Shown here: positions 26,440 to 38,872 of the stretch, in pieces | Position numbering within the stretch: the stretch's first letter is position 1 | Layout: every line of letters begins with the position of its first letter | From: Eledone cirrhosa | Lineage: Eukaryota | Length of the DNA stretch: 64,000 nucleotides | NCBI GenBank assembly: GCA_964016885.1 | Contig: OZ024759.1 | Location: 11,532,001 to 11,596,000 of the forward strand | Reading direction: 5' to 3' | Position numbers and translations under genes: made by a program | Notes under the pieces: generated by a model | The model's input: only the letters and a program-made list of their open reading frames with translations | Told to the model about the DNA's origin: nothing | Database searches by the model: none

Positions 26440-26967
26440 GTTATATGACTGCTATGTGACTGTTATATGACTGTCATATGACTGTTATATGACTGTCATA
26501 TGACTGTCATATGACTGTCATATGACTGTTATATGACTGTTATATAATCGATGGTGGTGGTGGTGGTAAACTGTTATATGACTGTCATATGACTGTCATA
26601 TGACTGTTATATGACTGTTATATGACTGTTATATGACTGTCATATGATTGTCATATGACTGTTATATGACTGTCATATGACTGTCATATGACTGTTATAT
26701 GACTGTTATATAACTGTTATATGACTGTTATATGACTGTCATATGACTGTCATATGACTGTCATATGACTGTTATATGACTGTCATATGACTGTTATATG
26801 ACTGTTATATGACTGTTATATAACTGTTATATGACTGTCATATGACTGTCATATGACTGTCATATGACTGTTATATGACTGTTATATAATCGGCGGTGGT
26901 GGTGGTGGTAGACTGTTATATGACTGTCATATGACTGTCATATGACTGTTATATGACTGTTATATGA
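26440..26967. repeat. 11-bp minisatellite (ATATGACTGTY) with interspersed ATCGATGGTGGTGG-type inserts; shorter copy at 28165-28267
   Basis: Directly visible. Confidence 0.93.
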
Positions 26968-27605
26968 TCGATGGTGGTGGTAATGATGGTGATGTTTAGA
27001 CACACATTTATAAAATGTGTTACACAGTAAAATAAAATCGAAACAAACAAACAAAAGCCACAAAAATATGTCTGACTGTTATATACTTTTGATATAGAAT
27101 CTATCTAAAATGACTTTATTTACTTCTATATTTTGTAGTCCAATACTACAAATATGGAAAGACATTGCATGTATGTATATATGTATGTGTGTATGTATTT
27201 GTGTGTGTGTATGTATAACAACAAACACTTTTCAGTATATGTATATATATATATATGTGTGTGCATGTATGTGTGTTCAAATGTATGTATGTTTATATGT
27301 ATGTATATATATATATATATGCTAGCATGGGTTGGAGATGACCTTTTGAGGCAATGCTTTACAGCTAGGTGCCCTTCCTGACAACAAACCCCTTTCTAGT
27401 CACTTCTTATGACATGTAACATTGTAAACAGGGACTTACTTTTTTTTTTTTTTAAATCTGTTTTTACAAATAACAGAAAAACATATCAAAATTTAAACAG
27501 CTTTACGTATATGATAAAAAAAAACTCCAAATTTCTTGGAAAATGTTTTTAAAATATTCATGTATGATAAACCATTTCTAAATTTACCATTTTTTTAATT
27601 TTTAG

Positions 27606-27651
27606 TATGATTCAATACAAGATCAACAAAGAAGACAGACATACTCTCAAT
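27606..27651 (+). CDS. Candidate internal coding exon (phase 0 to 1): YDSIQDQQRRQTYSQ
   Basis: T-rich tract, TTTTAG acceptor, GTAAGT donor; open frame in phase 0 matches the phase-0 end of the 16589-16668 exon. Confidence 0.65.
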
Positions 27652-27867
27652 GTAAGTATATACTTTAAAAATCTACTTTAATATATAGTTTGATATACAC
27701 TTTAATATCTACTTTAATATACACTTTAATATATACTTTAATGGGTTGTTTAAACATACAGTTTTGGTTTTTCAATTAATTTCAGTTTACCCTTGAAGTT
27801 CTAATATTTGAATTTATTTCAGTGTGTGTTAGTTAAATCTCTCTCTCTCTCTGTCTCTGTCATATAC

Positions 27868-27915
<48 letters not shown>

Positions 27916-28029
27916 ATATACATACATATATATATGTATATTTTTATGTGTATACATACATCCACATATATATTTATATTTGTATGTGTATGTATATATA
28001 TGTGTGTGTGTGTATGTATATACACATAT

Positions 28030-28093
<64 letters not shown>

Positions 28094-28468
28094 GAATTCC
28101 ATTATAACAAAATTCAATGGTATAAAAAAAATTTGTTGTAATGAAAAATTCTTCATAACGAGATTGACTGTCATATGACTGTTATATGACTGTTATATAA
28201 CTGGTATATAACTGTTATATAACTGTTATATAACTGTTATATAACTGTCATATGACTGTTATATGACAAATCAACTATTTGTTATTACCATGGAGATTGA
28301 AAAATATTTTGTTATACTGCATAATTTCTTTTAATGGTATTCATTATAATGGAATTTTACCTGTATAATATATATGTATGTGTGTGTGTATATATTTATT
28401 TATATATATATATATATATACAATTATATATGTGTGTATATGTATATATATATATATATATAATTACA

Positions 28469-28516
<48 letters not shown>

Positions 28517-28518
28517 CA

Positions 28519-28566
<48 letters not shown>

Positions 28567-28633
28567 CATGTGTGTGTGTGTACATATATATATATATAAT
28601 AATAATGGAGCTGCGGTGTTGCAAATGGGTTAC

Positions 28634-28938
28634 ATATGAAAAAGTAAGTTCTTCATCAGTGATCTTCCAACCATCCCAGGCATTTCATCGCTTTAAAGGC
28701 CATATACCTCAGGTTGGTGCGAGCAACGGCTAAAAAAAGTCGTTGGGACACATAAATAAAGGGGACGCTAGGGTAATTTAAACCATTTTGTTTGTTTACC
28801 CTAGCGTCCCCTTTATTTACGTGTCCCAACGACTTTTTTTAGCCGTTGCTCGCACCAACCTGAGGTATATGGCCTTTAAAGCGATGAAATGCCTGGGATG
28901 GTTGGAGGGTCACTGATGAAGGACTTACTTTTTCATAT
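28634..28938. repeat. Long inverted repeat (~143-bp arms, ~19-bp loop) between (TA)n tracts; each arm ends in a CTGATGA hammerhead 5' core
   Basis: Arms 28634-28776 and 28796-28938 are near-perfect reverse complements; CTGATGA at 28913-28919 (+) and the mirrored position (-). Confidence 0.9.
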
Positions 28939-28942
28939 ATAA

Positions 28943-29010
<68 letters not shown>

Positions 29011-29297
29011 AGATCAAAAGATGGTTAAAAGAGTTCCAAGTATTTTATTATGCACATTTCATATATATATATGTGTGTGTGTATTCTTCATCCTTTTATT
29101 GGCTTTATGGTTAATCTGTTGGACTTCCCATCACAAGTTAGTAGGTTCAATTCCCAGATCAAGTGACATGTTGTATTCTTGAGCAAGATACCCTACTCTA
29201 CATTGCTATTTCTGCCACGATTTACAACTGACAGATAGTATCCACAATGGAAAGACTAATGGAAACATTGTTTCCATTAGCCGTAACCATTGTTTCC

Positions 29298-29532
29298 TTA
29301 ACCCTTTCATGACTGCATTTCTAACGAATTACTCTCTATTTCAATTAATTAATGAAGAGGTTTGAGGGATTTACTAAAATTACTAATTATTTCATTACTA
29401 AGATAGTAACTTAATGTAGGCTCTTATATAAAATTATGTTGGACGATTTTAATTTAAATTGGAAACCTTTAAAATGATTTTATTTAATAGAACCAGAGCC
29501 GGTTCTGGCTGGGTTGGTAACTAAAGGGTCAA
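29298..29532. mobile_element. piggyBac-like MITE
   Basis: TTAACCCTTTCATGAC ... GGTAACTAAAGGGTCAA imperfect TIRs. Confidence 0.6.
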
Positions 29533-29674
29533 ACCAATCTGACAATCAGCTCCTTTACTTTACTTTTTCTGAATAGTAAAGGTTTATTTGATATTCTTAT
29601 GTGGAAGGCTGAAACATAATGAGTTGATTTCCTTGTTTTAAAGTAATTAATCTTTGATGGCTGAATAAAAAGAC

Positions 29675-30060
29675 TAAAGTCTGTCCCAAGTCTGGAAGGT
29701 CATCAGGCTGGTGCTTATCCCAGGTTTTTTGGTGATAAGCAACTCCCCACACCTGGATGGGATACCAGTCCATCACATGGTTAAAGTCTGTCCTAAGCCT
29801 GGATGCTCATCAGGCTGGTGCTTAACTCAGTTTTTTTAGGGATAAACAACTCCCTCCCCCCTGCATGGGACACCAGTCCATCATGGGGTTAAAGTCTGTC
29901 CCAAACCAGGAGATTCATTAGGCCAGTACTTATCCCAATTTCCTTGGTGTTAAGTGACTGAGAATACAAGCCTCCCCCTGGACAGGACATTAGTCCATCA
30001 AAGGGTTGAACCTCCATCTCCAGCTGGTTGCTCATTTTCAACTGAGTATACTGGAGCAAC
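29675..30060 (-). repeat. Three ~107-bp diverged tandem copies of a SINE body segment (V-domain-like GATGGACTGGTATCCCATCCAGG) joined to a CORE-like fragment
   Basis: Units start at 29675, 29782 and 29890; followed by CTCATTTTCAACTGAGTATACTGGAGCAAC. Confidence 0.65.
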
Positions 30061-30699
30061 TCGCTGCAACCCTTAAAAATAATACCATATATGGATTTGG
30101 TGATTCTTCTTCTTGCCTTAAATCAAGACTGAAATTTTAAAAGAATGTGAATATGGAAATCTCTAGAGAAATTAAATGAAATTATTTTTGTGTGTTTAGA
30201 AGTTTAATTTCTTTTGTAATTAGTGGCCGGGCGGCAGCGGGGGGGGGGGGGGGGGGGGTAGGGGAGTGGAGGGGAGGAAGGAACGCAGCAAAAGTTATTT
30301 TTTGCTAAATTGAAACTAATTCAATTTCAGTTCGCACATTTAACTTATTAATTAACTTAAAATATAGTCTTTTCTAAACTTTACTATTTAACATAAATAG
30401 CTTAGAAATTTTGTTTTAGCGTCTAGCAAATTTCATTTTCTGCTTTTTGTATTTTAGAATTAAGAACATTTTATTTCTGTCAATATTCTAAACTTGGGAT
30501 TTTTTTATTGTTTATTTTTGGGAATAATTATTGACAATGATAATTACTTTTTTTTTTGTTTTATTTGTTTGTTAAAATTGAACATTTTTCAAAAGAACCA
30601 AAACTGTTTTTTCTTGTCTAGAATTAAAATAATACACTTATTTAGTTTTTCGGACACAGTTTGTTTTTATGGTTATAAAGTTTATCATCTCCCTCTCTT

Positions 30700-30957
30700 A
30701 TATATCACATTGACCGACCAGTCTGTCGGGCGCCAATCGGCGCTGCTGGTCACAGCACGTCGTGCTGTTTTAGCCATAAGATAATGCCATCCCACTAGCT
30801 GGGCGGGCAGGCCGGTACTCATTTCTACAGCTGAGTAAACTGGAGCAACGTGAAATAAAGTGTCTTGCTCAAGGAAACAACACATCACCCAGTCCGAGAA
30901 TTGAACTCACACCTTTCGAGTGCAAGCCCAATGCTTTAACCACTAAGCCATGTGCCT
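30700..30957 (-). mobile_element. SINE family B head plus CORE-like domain with a distinct GC-rich tail
   Basis: Head matches 23695-23830 in reverse complement. Confidence 0.82.
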
Positions 30958-30966
30958 TCACCTCTC

Positions 30967-30967
<1 letters not shown>

Positions 30968-31006
<39 letters not shown>

Positions 31007-31381
31007 ATATATGCATGTGTATATATATGTATATATATATATATATATGTATGTGTATATATGTACGTGTATATATGTATGTATATGTACGTGTATATAT
31101 GCATGTATATGTACGTATATGTATGTGTATATATGTACATGTATATATGTATGTATATGTATGTGTATATATGTATGTATATGTACGTGTATATATGTAT
31201 GTATATGTACGTATATATATGTATATATATATGTACGTGTATGTATGTATATATGTGTATGTATGTATATGTACGTATATATATATATGTATATATATAT
31301 ACGTATATATGTATATGTATGTATATGTATGTCTATATATGTATGTATATATGTATGTATATATATGTATATATATGTATG

Positions 31382-31414
<33 letters not shown>

Positions 31415-31695
31415 GTATATATATGTATGTATATGTATGTATATATATGTTTGTATATGTATGTATATATATATGTATGTATATATATGTATATATATGT
31501 ATGTATATATATGTATATATATATATATGTATATATATATATGTATGTATATATATATGTATGTATATATATGTATATATATATGTGAGTGTATGTATAT
31601 ATGTATGTATATATATAATATATGTATATATATAATATATATATATGTATATATATAATATATATATATATATATAATATATATGTGTATATATG

Positions 31696-31726
<31 letters not shown>

Positions 31727-32011
31727 ATATATATGTGTATATATGTATATATATAATATATATATGTATATATATATATAATATATATATATGTGTATAT
31801 ATGTATGTATATATGTATATAATATATATATATGTGTATATATGTATGTATATATGTATATAATATATATATATAATATATATATGTGTATATATGTATG
31901 TATATATGATTATAATATATATATATATATATATGTATATATAATATATATATATATGTGTATATATATATATATATAATATATATATATATGTGTATAT
32001 ATATATATATA

Positions 32012-32071
<60 letters not shown>

Positions 32072-32254
32072 TATATGTGTATATATATATAATATATATA
32101 TATGTGTATATATGTATATAATAGATATATGTATATGTATGTATATATGTATATAATAGATATATGTATATATATAATATATATGGGTGTATATATATAT
32201 ATATATAATGTGTATATATGTATGTATATATATGTATACATGTGTGTATGTATG

Positions 32255-32291
<37 letters not shown>
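30968..32291. repeat. Degenerate (TA)n/(TATG)n microsatellite field
   Basis: Directly visible. Confidence 0.95.
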
Positions 32292-32294
<3 letters not shown>

Positions 32295-32342
32295 GTATAA
32301 GTCAACAGGTTAGAATTTACCTCATTTATTCATTACACATTT

Positions 32343-32401
32343 GCTGTTATACATATTTCAATGCTACCTGTTATGCAACAGTTATGACCTCATCAGACAG
32401 C
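32343..32401 (-). ncRNA. Type I hammerhead ribozyme motif
   Basis: Minus strand: stem I GCUGU, core CUGAUGA, imperfect stem II (CUGUU-GCAU-AACAG), GAAA, stem III U-AUGU-A, cleavage triplet AUA, stem I partner ACAGC; AAUAAA 12 nt downstream. Confidence 0.75.
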
Positions 32402-32608
32402 TATGAGCTGAACAGTTACATGAATAAAAGTAAGATAACATGAAAGAAAAATAAAAATTACTGAAGCTGTTTCAAGTCATTGATGTATCACGGGCTGATC
32501 ATTGGTATTGATTTCTCTAAGCACTGGTAAATTTCCATAGAAATCAAAGATTATAGGTAAAAAATAAATTGAAAATTTACAGAAGTGTATTTAAAGAATT
32601 ATACATAC

Positions 32609-32638
<30 letters not shown>

Positions 32639-32639
<1 letters not shown>

Positions 32640-32790
32640 AGTAGTTCCACAACAGTTAGTTCACCATACCGAGTACAAATGTTTTACCATATGCTGATCT
32701 TCAGCTTGGGACCGAGAGTTGAAGACCTGTATAAGGTGAAACATTTGTTCTCGGTATGATGAAGGTGAACTAACTGTTGTGGAACTACTT
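32639..32790. repeat. Inverted repeat carrying degenerate hammerhead motifs in both arms
   Basis: + strand TTGAAGA-CCTGTATAAGGT-GAAACATTTGTT-CTCGGT; - strand CTGAAGA-TCAGCATATGGT-AAAACATTTGTA-CTCGGT; followed by CTGAGTGCTACTT. Confidence 0.8.
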
Positions 32791-32850
32791 CTACCAAACA
32801 ACGTCCCATGGACTGAGTGCTACTTCGGATATAACCCTCCAGTGTTCTAC

Positions 32851-32886
<36 letters not shown>

Positions 32887-32979
32887 ATAATAAATGTGAA
32901 GACTGAAATCTGAAGAGGGCTTAATAAGGATTATATATATATATAAAAACCCATAGAGCAAATATTTATTATATGTCCT

Positions 32980-33082
32980 GATTAAAGTTTAAGTAAAAAA
33001 TCACTGCTTTCACCCTTTTACAGGATCTTCTGAAAATCCTGTAAAAGGGTGATAGTAGTGATTCTCAGCTTAAACTTTAATC
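32980..33082. repeat. Inverted repeat with degenerate hammerhead cores meeting at the hairpin centre
   Basis: - strand CAGAAGA-TCCTGTAAAAGGGT-GAAAG; + strand CTGAAAA-TCCTGTAAAAGGGT-GATAG. Confidence 0.7.
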
Positions 33083-34142
33083 CGTATATATATATCCAAT
33101 ATTATTAATTAGTACCTGTTACCTGTTTAAAAAGACAGTTTTAATTTGAAATGATTTAAATGAACATTTGAGCAATACTATAGCAGAATTCATGAAATTA
33201 AGTTTATATGTGATCTGGGTGTGAAATTTGGTGGGGGAGAATTTATATTACAGAAGAGGAAGGATTCTTGTGTTTTGTTGTGGGGATCTGATATGCTTGT
33301 CTGAGAAAGAAAGGTTTTCTCTCAGACAAATGACCCTTCCTGCAACATCAAATCCATCTTCCCCTTCTGCTGCAGTTTCTTACAAATTCAACCTCAAGAG
33401 TTCCACTTTACCATGAACACAATCCTTCAGCCCTCATTCTTTTGCTCAACCGATCAGCTTTAACATTTATTTCCATGTTGCATGATTTAGAAATTCTTTG
33501 CAAAATTTATTATTATTATTATTATTGTCTCCTTGAATTCTGGCTGATTTTAAGCACAAGCCTTCTGTGTGATATAAAGCTTTTAATATGCATTTAAAAC
33601 TCAAGCTTGTTTACTTTAAATTCACTATACTAATTGCTCTTTTAAATTTATAGGAGACTACCTTTTTGAATTTATATCTACTTTAAATACCTTGTGACAT
33701 ATAACTACTACACACATAATTTAACTCTACCTTTGTAACTACGTGCAGTCTTTGGCTTATTAAAATTCAAAAGATGGCAAAAAACTGCTTTTTGCCATAT
33801 TTTTCTCTTTTCTTTCTATGGTTTAATTGTCTTTTTTTTTTTAAAAGAAACTCTACAAGATTTACCCTCTAATTGTAGATTTATATGCAAATATATTCAT
33901 TTAGATGCTTAACTTTGAATCACTCTATTATATATTTTAATTCAATCTTCTCCAGGCCAAAACATTAAAAGATTATAAAATTATATTTTTCTGATTGAAA
34001 ATTATAAATATAGTGTGTTAAATCCATTATTTGTCCTATTGATAAGTACTTTATAAAACTTGGAATATTTCATTAAAATATGTCATTATGTCTTTCGGCT
34101 GACAATTGGATTTTAAAATTCACTTTCAAATAAACCATTAGA

Positions 34143-34195
<53 letters not shown>

Positions 34196-34352
34196 TTGTT
34201 GTTGTAAACTAAACAATGAAGACTATTTTATTGTCATTCATTCTTAAGTTTCTTTATAAATTCAACAAAGAAATGTTATATATTAATGAAATATTTTCAT
34301 TATAAGTTGTACAATTAACTGACTAAAAATAGAGGAAATATATAATTTATAT

Positions 34353-34600
34353 AGCTTAGTGGTTAGAGCGTCAGGCTTACAATCCTGAGGTTGTGAGTTC
34401 AATTCCTGGACTCGGCTTTGCATTGTGTTCTTGAGCAAAACACTTTATTTCACGTTGCTACAGTTCACTCAGCTGTAGAAATGAGTTTACCCTGCTATGG
34501 GTTAGACAGCTACACCCCTGGCATGATCAAGATGGTGGAGGTCAATCAGGGAGAGGGGTTCCTCTGGTTCGAGTAAAAAGGCCCTGGGTTGAATAGATTG
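34353..34600 (+). mobile_element. SINE family B variant
   Basis: AGCTTAGTGGTTAG ... GAGTTCAATTCC ... TTGAGCAAAACACTTTATTTCAC ... CTCAGCTGTAGAAATGAG. Confidence 0.8.
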
Positions 34601-34909
34601 AATATCTTAGTTATCCGAAAGCTTTAGAATGTTAAAAAACATGTTTTAAAAAAATCTATAATTTTGGAAGTATTTAGGCACAAGGCCAGCAATTTGTGGG
34701 TGGAGAGGAGTGGGCAATGTCGAATACCCAGTATTTAACTGGTACTTTATAAACCTCCAGAGTTATGAAAGGCACTGTTGATCTCAGCCATGTTGAGGTC
34801 AACAAAATGAAGTACCAGTCAAGTACTAGGGGTTATATATGATCGACTTTACCCCTCACCCTCAAAAATAATTACTGGCTTTGTGGCAAAATTCAAATTC
34901 ATAATGATA

Positions 34910-35905
34910 ATAATTGTTTCCACTTTTGGCACAAGGCCAGCAATTACCCCAGTGCATTACTGGTACTTTATTGTAGCCAAATATATAATTGTTTCTACTT
35001 TTGGCACAAGGCCAGCAATTACCCCAGTGTATTACTGGTACTTTATTGTAGCCAAATATATAATTGTTTCTACTTTTGGCACAAGGCCAGCAATTACCCC
35101 AGTGTATTACTGGTACTTTATTTTATTGACGCCGTAAGGATGAAAGGTAAAGTCAACCTCGGCGGGATTTGAACTCAGTTCGTAAAGGGACGTAACTCTA
35201 TGCTGGAAAGCATGTCCAACCCTCTACCGATTCTGCCAATCCATCGCCCTTTCTAATAATAATAATTCTACTTTAGGCATAGGGCCACCAATTTGAAGAG
35301 GAGGTGAAAGTCGATTGAATCAACGCCAGTGCATTACTGGTACTTTATTTTATCCACCCAGTAAGGATGAAAGGCAAAGTTAACCTCAGCAAGAGTTGAA
35401 CTCAGGATGTAAAGGGCCGTAACTCTATGCCGCGAAGCAAGGTATCCGACGATCTACTGATTCTGCCAATTCATCGCCTGCAGTGGATTGGCAGAATTGG
35501 TAGAACGCCGGACAACATGCTTAGCAGTATAGAGTTATGGCCCTTTACATTCTGAGTTCAAATCCTGCTGAGATTAAATTTGCCTTTCATCCTTACCGGG
35601 TGGATAAAATAAAGTACCAGTAATGCACTGGGGTTGATTTAATCAACTTTCCCCTCTCCTTCAAATTGCTGGACTTGTGCCTATATCAGAAACCATAACA
35701 ATATTTGTTTCTACTATAGGCAGAAGGCCAGCAATTACCCCAGTGCATTACTGGTACTTTATTTTATCGACCCCATAAGGATGAAAGGCAAAATTAACCT
35801 CGGCGGGATTTGAATTCAGAATGGCAAGGGCCGTAACTCTATGCGTCAAAGCAAGGCGTCCGGCCCTCAAGACCAGCAATTACCCAGTACATTACTGGTA
35901 CTTCA
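34910..35905. mobile_element. SINE family A cluster: copy with triplicated ~72-bp 3' end, head-to-head pair (35265-35478 - / 35482-35695 +), further - copy
   Basis: Family sequence in both orientations. Confidence 0.88.
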
Positions 35906-35965
35906 TTTTTATTAATAATGATAATATTAATGATGATAATATTCATAATAATATTAATAATGATA

Positions 35966-36360
35966 TAGACCTGACCTGGTGGTTTTGGACAAGGAAAAAA
36001 GATTGTGCCTGATTGTGGATGTGGCCTGCCCATTCGACACGAGAGTGCAAGAGAAGGAGAGGGAGAAAATTAACGGATACCAGGACTTAAAGTGGGAGGT
36101 AAAAAGGATTTGGAACTGCCATGAAGTCAAAGTGGTCCCGATTGTCATAGGCGCACTAGGTACTATCTCAAGGAGTTTCCAGGGTTGGTTAAAGAAAATT
36201 GGCCCCGCCCCGCTTTTTGGAACACTTCAAAAGGCATGCTTGCTGGTAACAGCAAGAACCCTCCGATACGTCCTGAAGATCTGAGGGTGCAGGTAGTGGC
36301 TTGATATTCATTTCAACAAACTTTCCAGTTAACTAACATCCATGACTGAGACTCAAAGAA
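35966..36360 (+). mobile_element. R4/Dong-like non-LTR retrotransposon 3' fragment (REL endonuclease C-terminus, stop at 36284, 3' UTR, TAA-rich tail)
   Basis: RPDLVVLDKEKRLCLIVDVACPFD...EKINGYQDL...VVPIVIGALG...LQKACLLVTARTLR is a PD..D REL domain typical of the R4/Dong clade. Confidence 0.85.
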
Positions 36361-36387
36361 TAATATTAATAATGATAATATATATAT

Positions 36388-37180
36388 AATTGTTCCTACT
36401 TTAGGCACAAGGCCAGCAATTACATAGTGTATTACTGGTACTTTATTCTATCGACCCCGTAAGGATGAAAGGCAAAGTCAACCTCGGCGGGATTTGAACG
36501 CAGATCGTAAAGGGACGTAACTATGCTGGAAAGCATGGCGTCCGACCCTCTACCGATACTGCCAATCCACTGCCTTAAAGTTAATAATTGTTTCTACTTT
36601 AGGCACAAGGCCAGCAATTACCCAGTGCATTACTGGTACTTTATTCTATCGACCCCATAAGGATGAAAGGCAAAGTCAACCTCGGCGGGATTTGAACGCA
36701 GATCGTAAAGGGACGTAACTATGCTGGAAAGCATGGCGTCCGACCCTCTACCGATACTGCCAATCCACTGCCTTAAAGTTAATAATTGTTTCTACTTTAG
36801 GCACAAGGCCAGCAATTACCCAGTGCATTACTGGTACTTTATTCTATCGACCCCATAAGGATGAAAGGCAAAGTCAACCTCGGCGGGATTTGAACGCAGA
36901 TCGTAAAGGGACGTAACTATGCTGGAAAGCATGGTGTCCGACCCTCTACCGATACTGCCAATCCACTGCCCTTAATGATAATATTAATAATTGTTTCTAC
37001 TTTTTGGCACAAGGCTAGCAATTTTCCCAGTGTATTACTGGTACTTTATTTTATCGACCCCGTAAGGATGAAAGGCAAAGTTAACCTCGGCAGGATTTGA
37101 ACTCAGAATGGCAAGGGCCGTAACTCTATGCGTCAAAGCATGGTGTCCACCCTCTACCGATACTGACAATCCACCGCCCT
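36388..37180 (-). mobile_element. Four head-to-tail SINE family A copies; first three form a ~197-bp near-identical tandem triplication
   Basis: Shared diagnostic variants (ATTCTATCG, GAACGCAG) and shared linker TTAAAGTTAAT. Confidence 0.92.
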
Positions 37181-37254
37181 AATATTAATAATGCTTTCTT
37201 TAATATTAATAATGCTTTCTTTATTAACCACACAGTAATATTAATAATGATAAT

Positions 37255-37291
<37 letters not shown>

Positions 37292-37809
37292 TTAATAATG
37301 ATAATAAATCATTTCTGAGAAGAGATATAACTTACAAAGTAAGTTTTTTGAGTGTCACAGCAAAGGTATGGTGAGCAGTTGGAGCAAAGTCTTTCTCAAA
37401 TATTCTTTTTTTAGATTAAACAGCAATAAACAATATAGTTGATTATTATTGATCTATGGAAGATTTCCTTTTCCAGTTTCACCACTTTTGGCTGGACACA
37501 GTCTAAATTCATCATTAAACAGTGATGAACTGTTAGGTCCAGATAGTCTACATAACTGTTCAAAGGAGACAGTTGGCCGTCCTTTACCAAGTAAGAGAAC
37601 ATCAGTCGATATATATATATATAGAGATTATATTATCATATTAAACACACACACAACCAACCGACATATATATATATATATATGTATATTTATATATGTA
37701 TATATATGTTTATATATATATTTATATATATATATATATATATGTTTATATATGTTTATATGTGTTTATATATATTATATATATATATATATATATACAT
37801 ATATATATG

Positions 37810-37840
<31 letters not shown>

Positions 37841-37875
37841 GTATATATATGTTTATATATATGTTTATATATGTT

Positions 37876-37933
<58 letters not shown>

Positions 37934-37945
37934 ATATATATATAA

Positions 37946-37984
<39 letters not shown>

Positions 37985-38872
37985 CAGGGTGTGGACGATA
38001 CTTGTTTGCAAGATTACTGTCTAGGAAAAATTAACACGGTAGTTGTATTTTTTAAGATATATTTATCAAACTTGGGTCAGTTTGTCTTCATGACTTGTTC
38101 TTTCGATCTCACTCGATAAACCCGCCATTGGCTTTGATGACGGCCTCAAGGCGGCCTCGGAACCGGCTGCAGGCCTTCGTCACTGTCCCCCGACTTAGGC
38201 CCCTAAAGGCACTTGTGATCCTGGCCTTCAGATCGTCTTTCATATTGCAGCTAGATCTGTTGGTGTCTCGTTCCACTGCGCCCCACACAAAGAAGTCGAG
38301 GGGGTTGCAGTCAGGCGAGCTGGGAGGCCAGATGTCAGGTGAAGTGTGGTCGACGAACTTCTCTGACAGCCAGGCTTGGGTCTTTCGGCTGGTATGGCAG
38401 GGCGCTGAGTCTTGCTGCCACATGTACGGCCTACCTGCAGCTACCTGGTCGATCCAGGGCTTTACTACCTCGCTCAGAACGCGGATGTAGCCATCGGTGT
38501 TCAGCTTGAGGCCCTCAGGGAAGAAGTGAGGTGGCATGACGTCACCTTGACTGCTGACAACACCTAAGACCAATGTTGTTGCTGGAAACTTTGTCTGCAT
38601 GACTCTGGGCATGTTTTTGGATGAGACAGCGAACAACCTGTTGTTCTGGGAGTTGAACTTCTGGTCTTTATTTGTCCTCCCAGCGCGGATTCCAAGAAGA
38701 ACTCTGTCTCTCTTTCACAAATTTGGAGGTTCAAAATTATTCATAATCAATTATTCTGAAAATAAATAATGGAAATATAGTCACTGTTTTTATGAAGACA
38801 AGAGTGACAACGGAAGTAAAAAAATTTGCATAAAATTAGCAGTTGAAAATTGCGAACAAATATCGTCCACAC

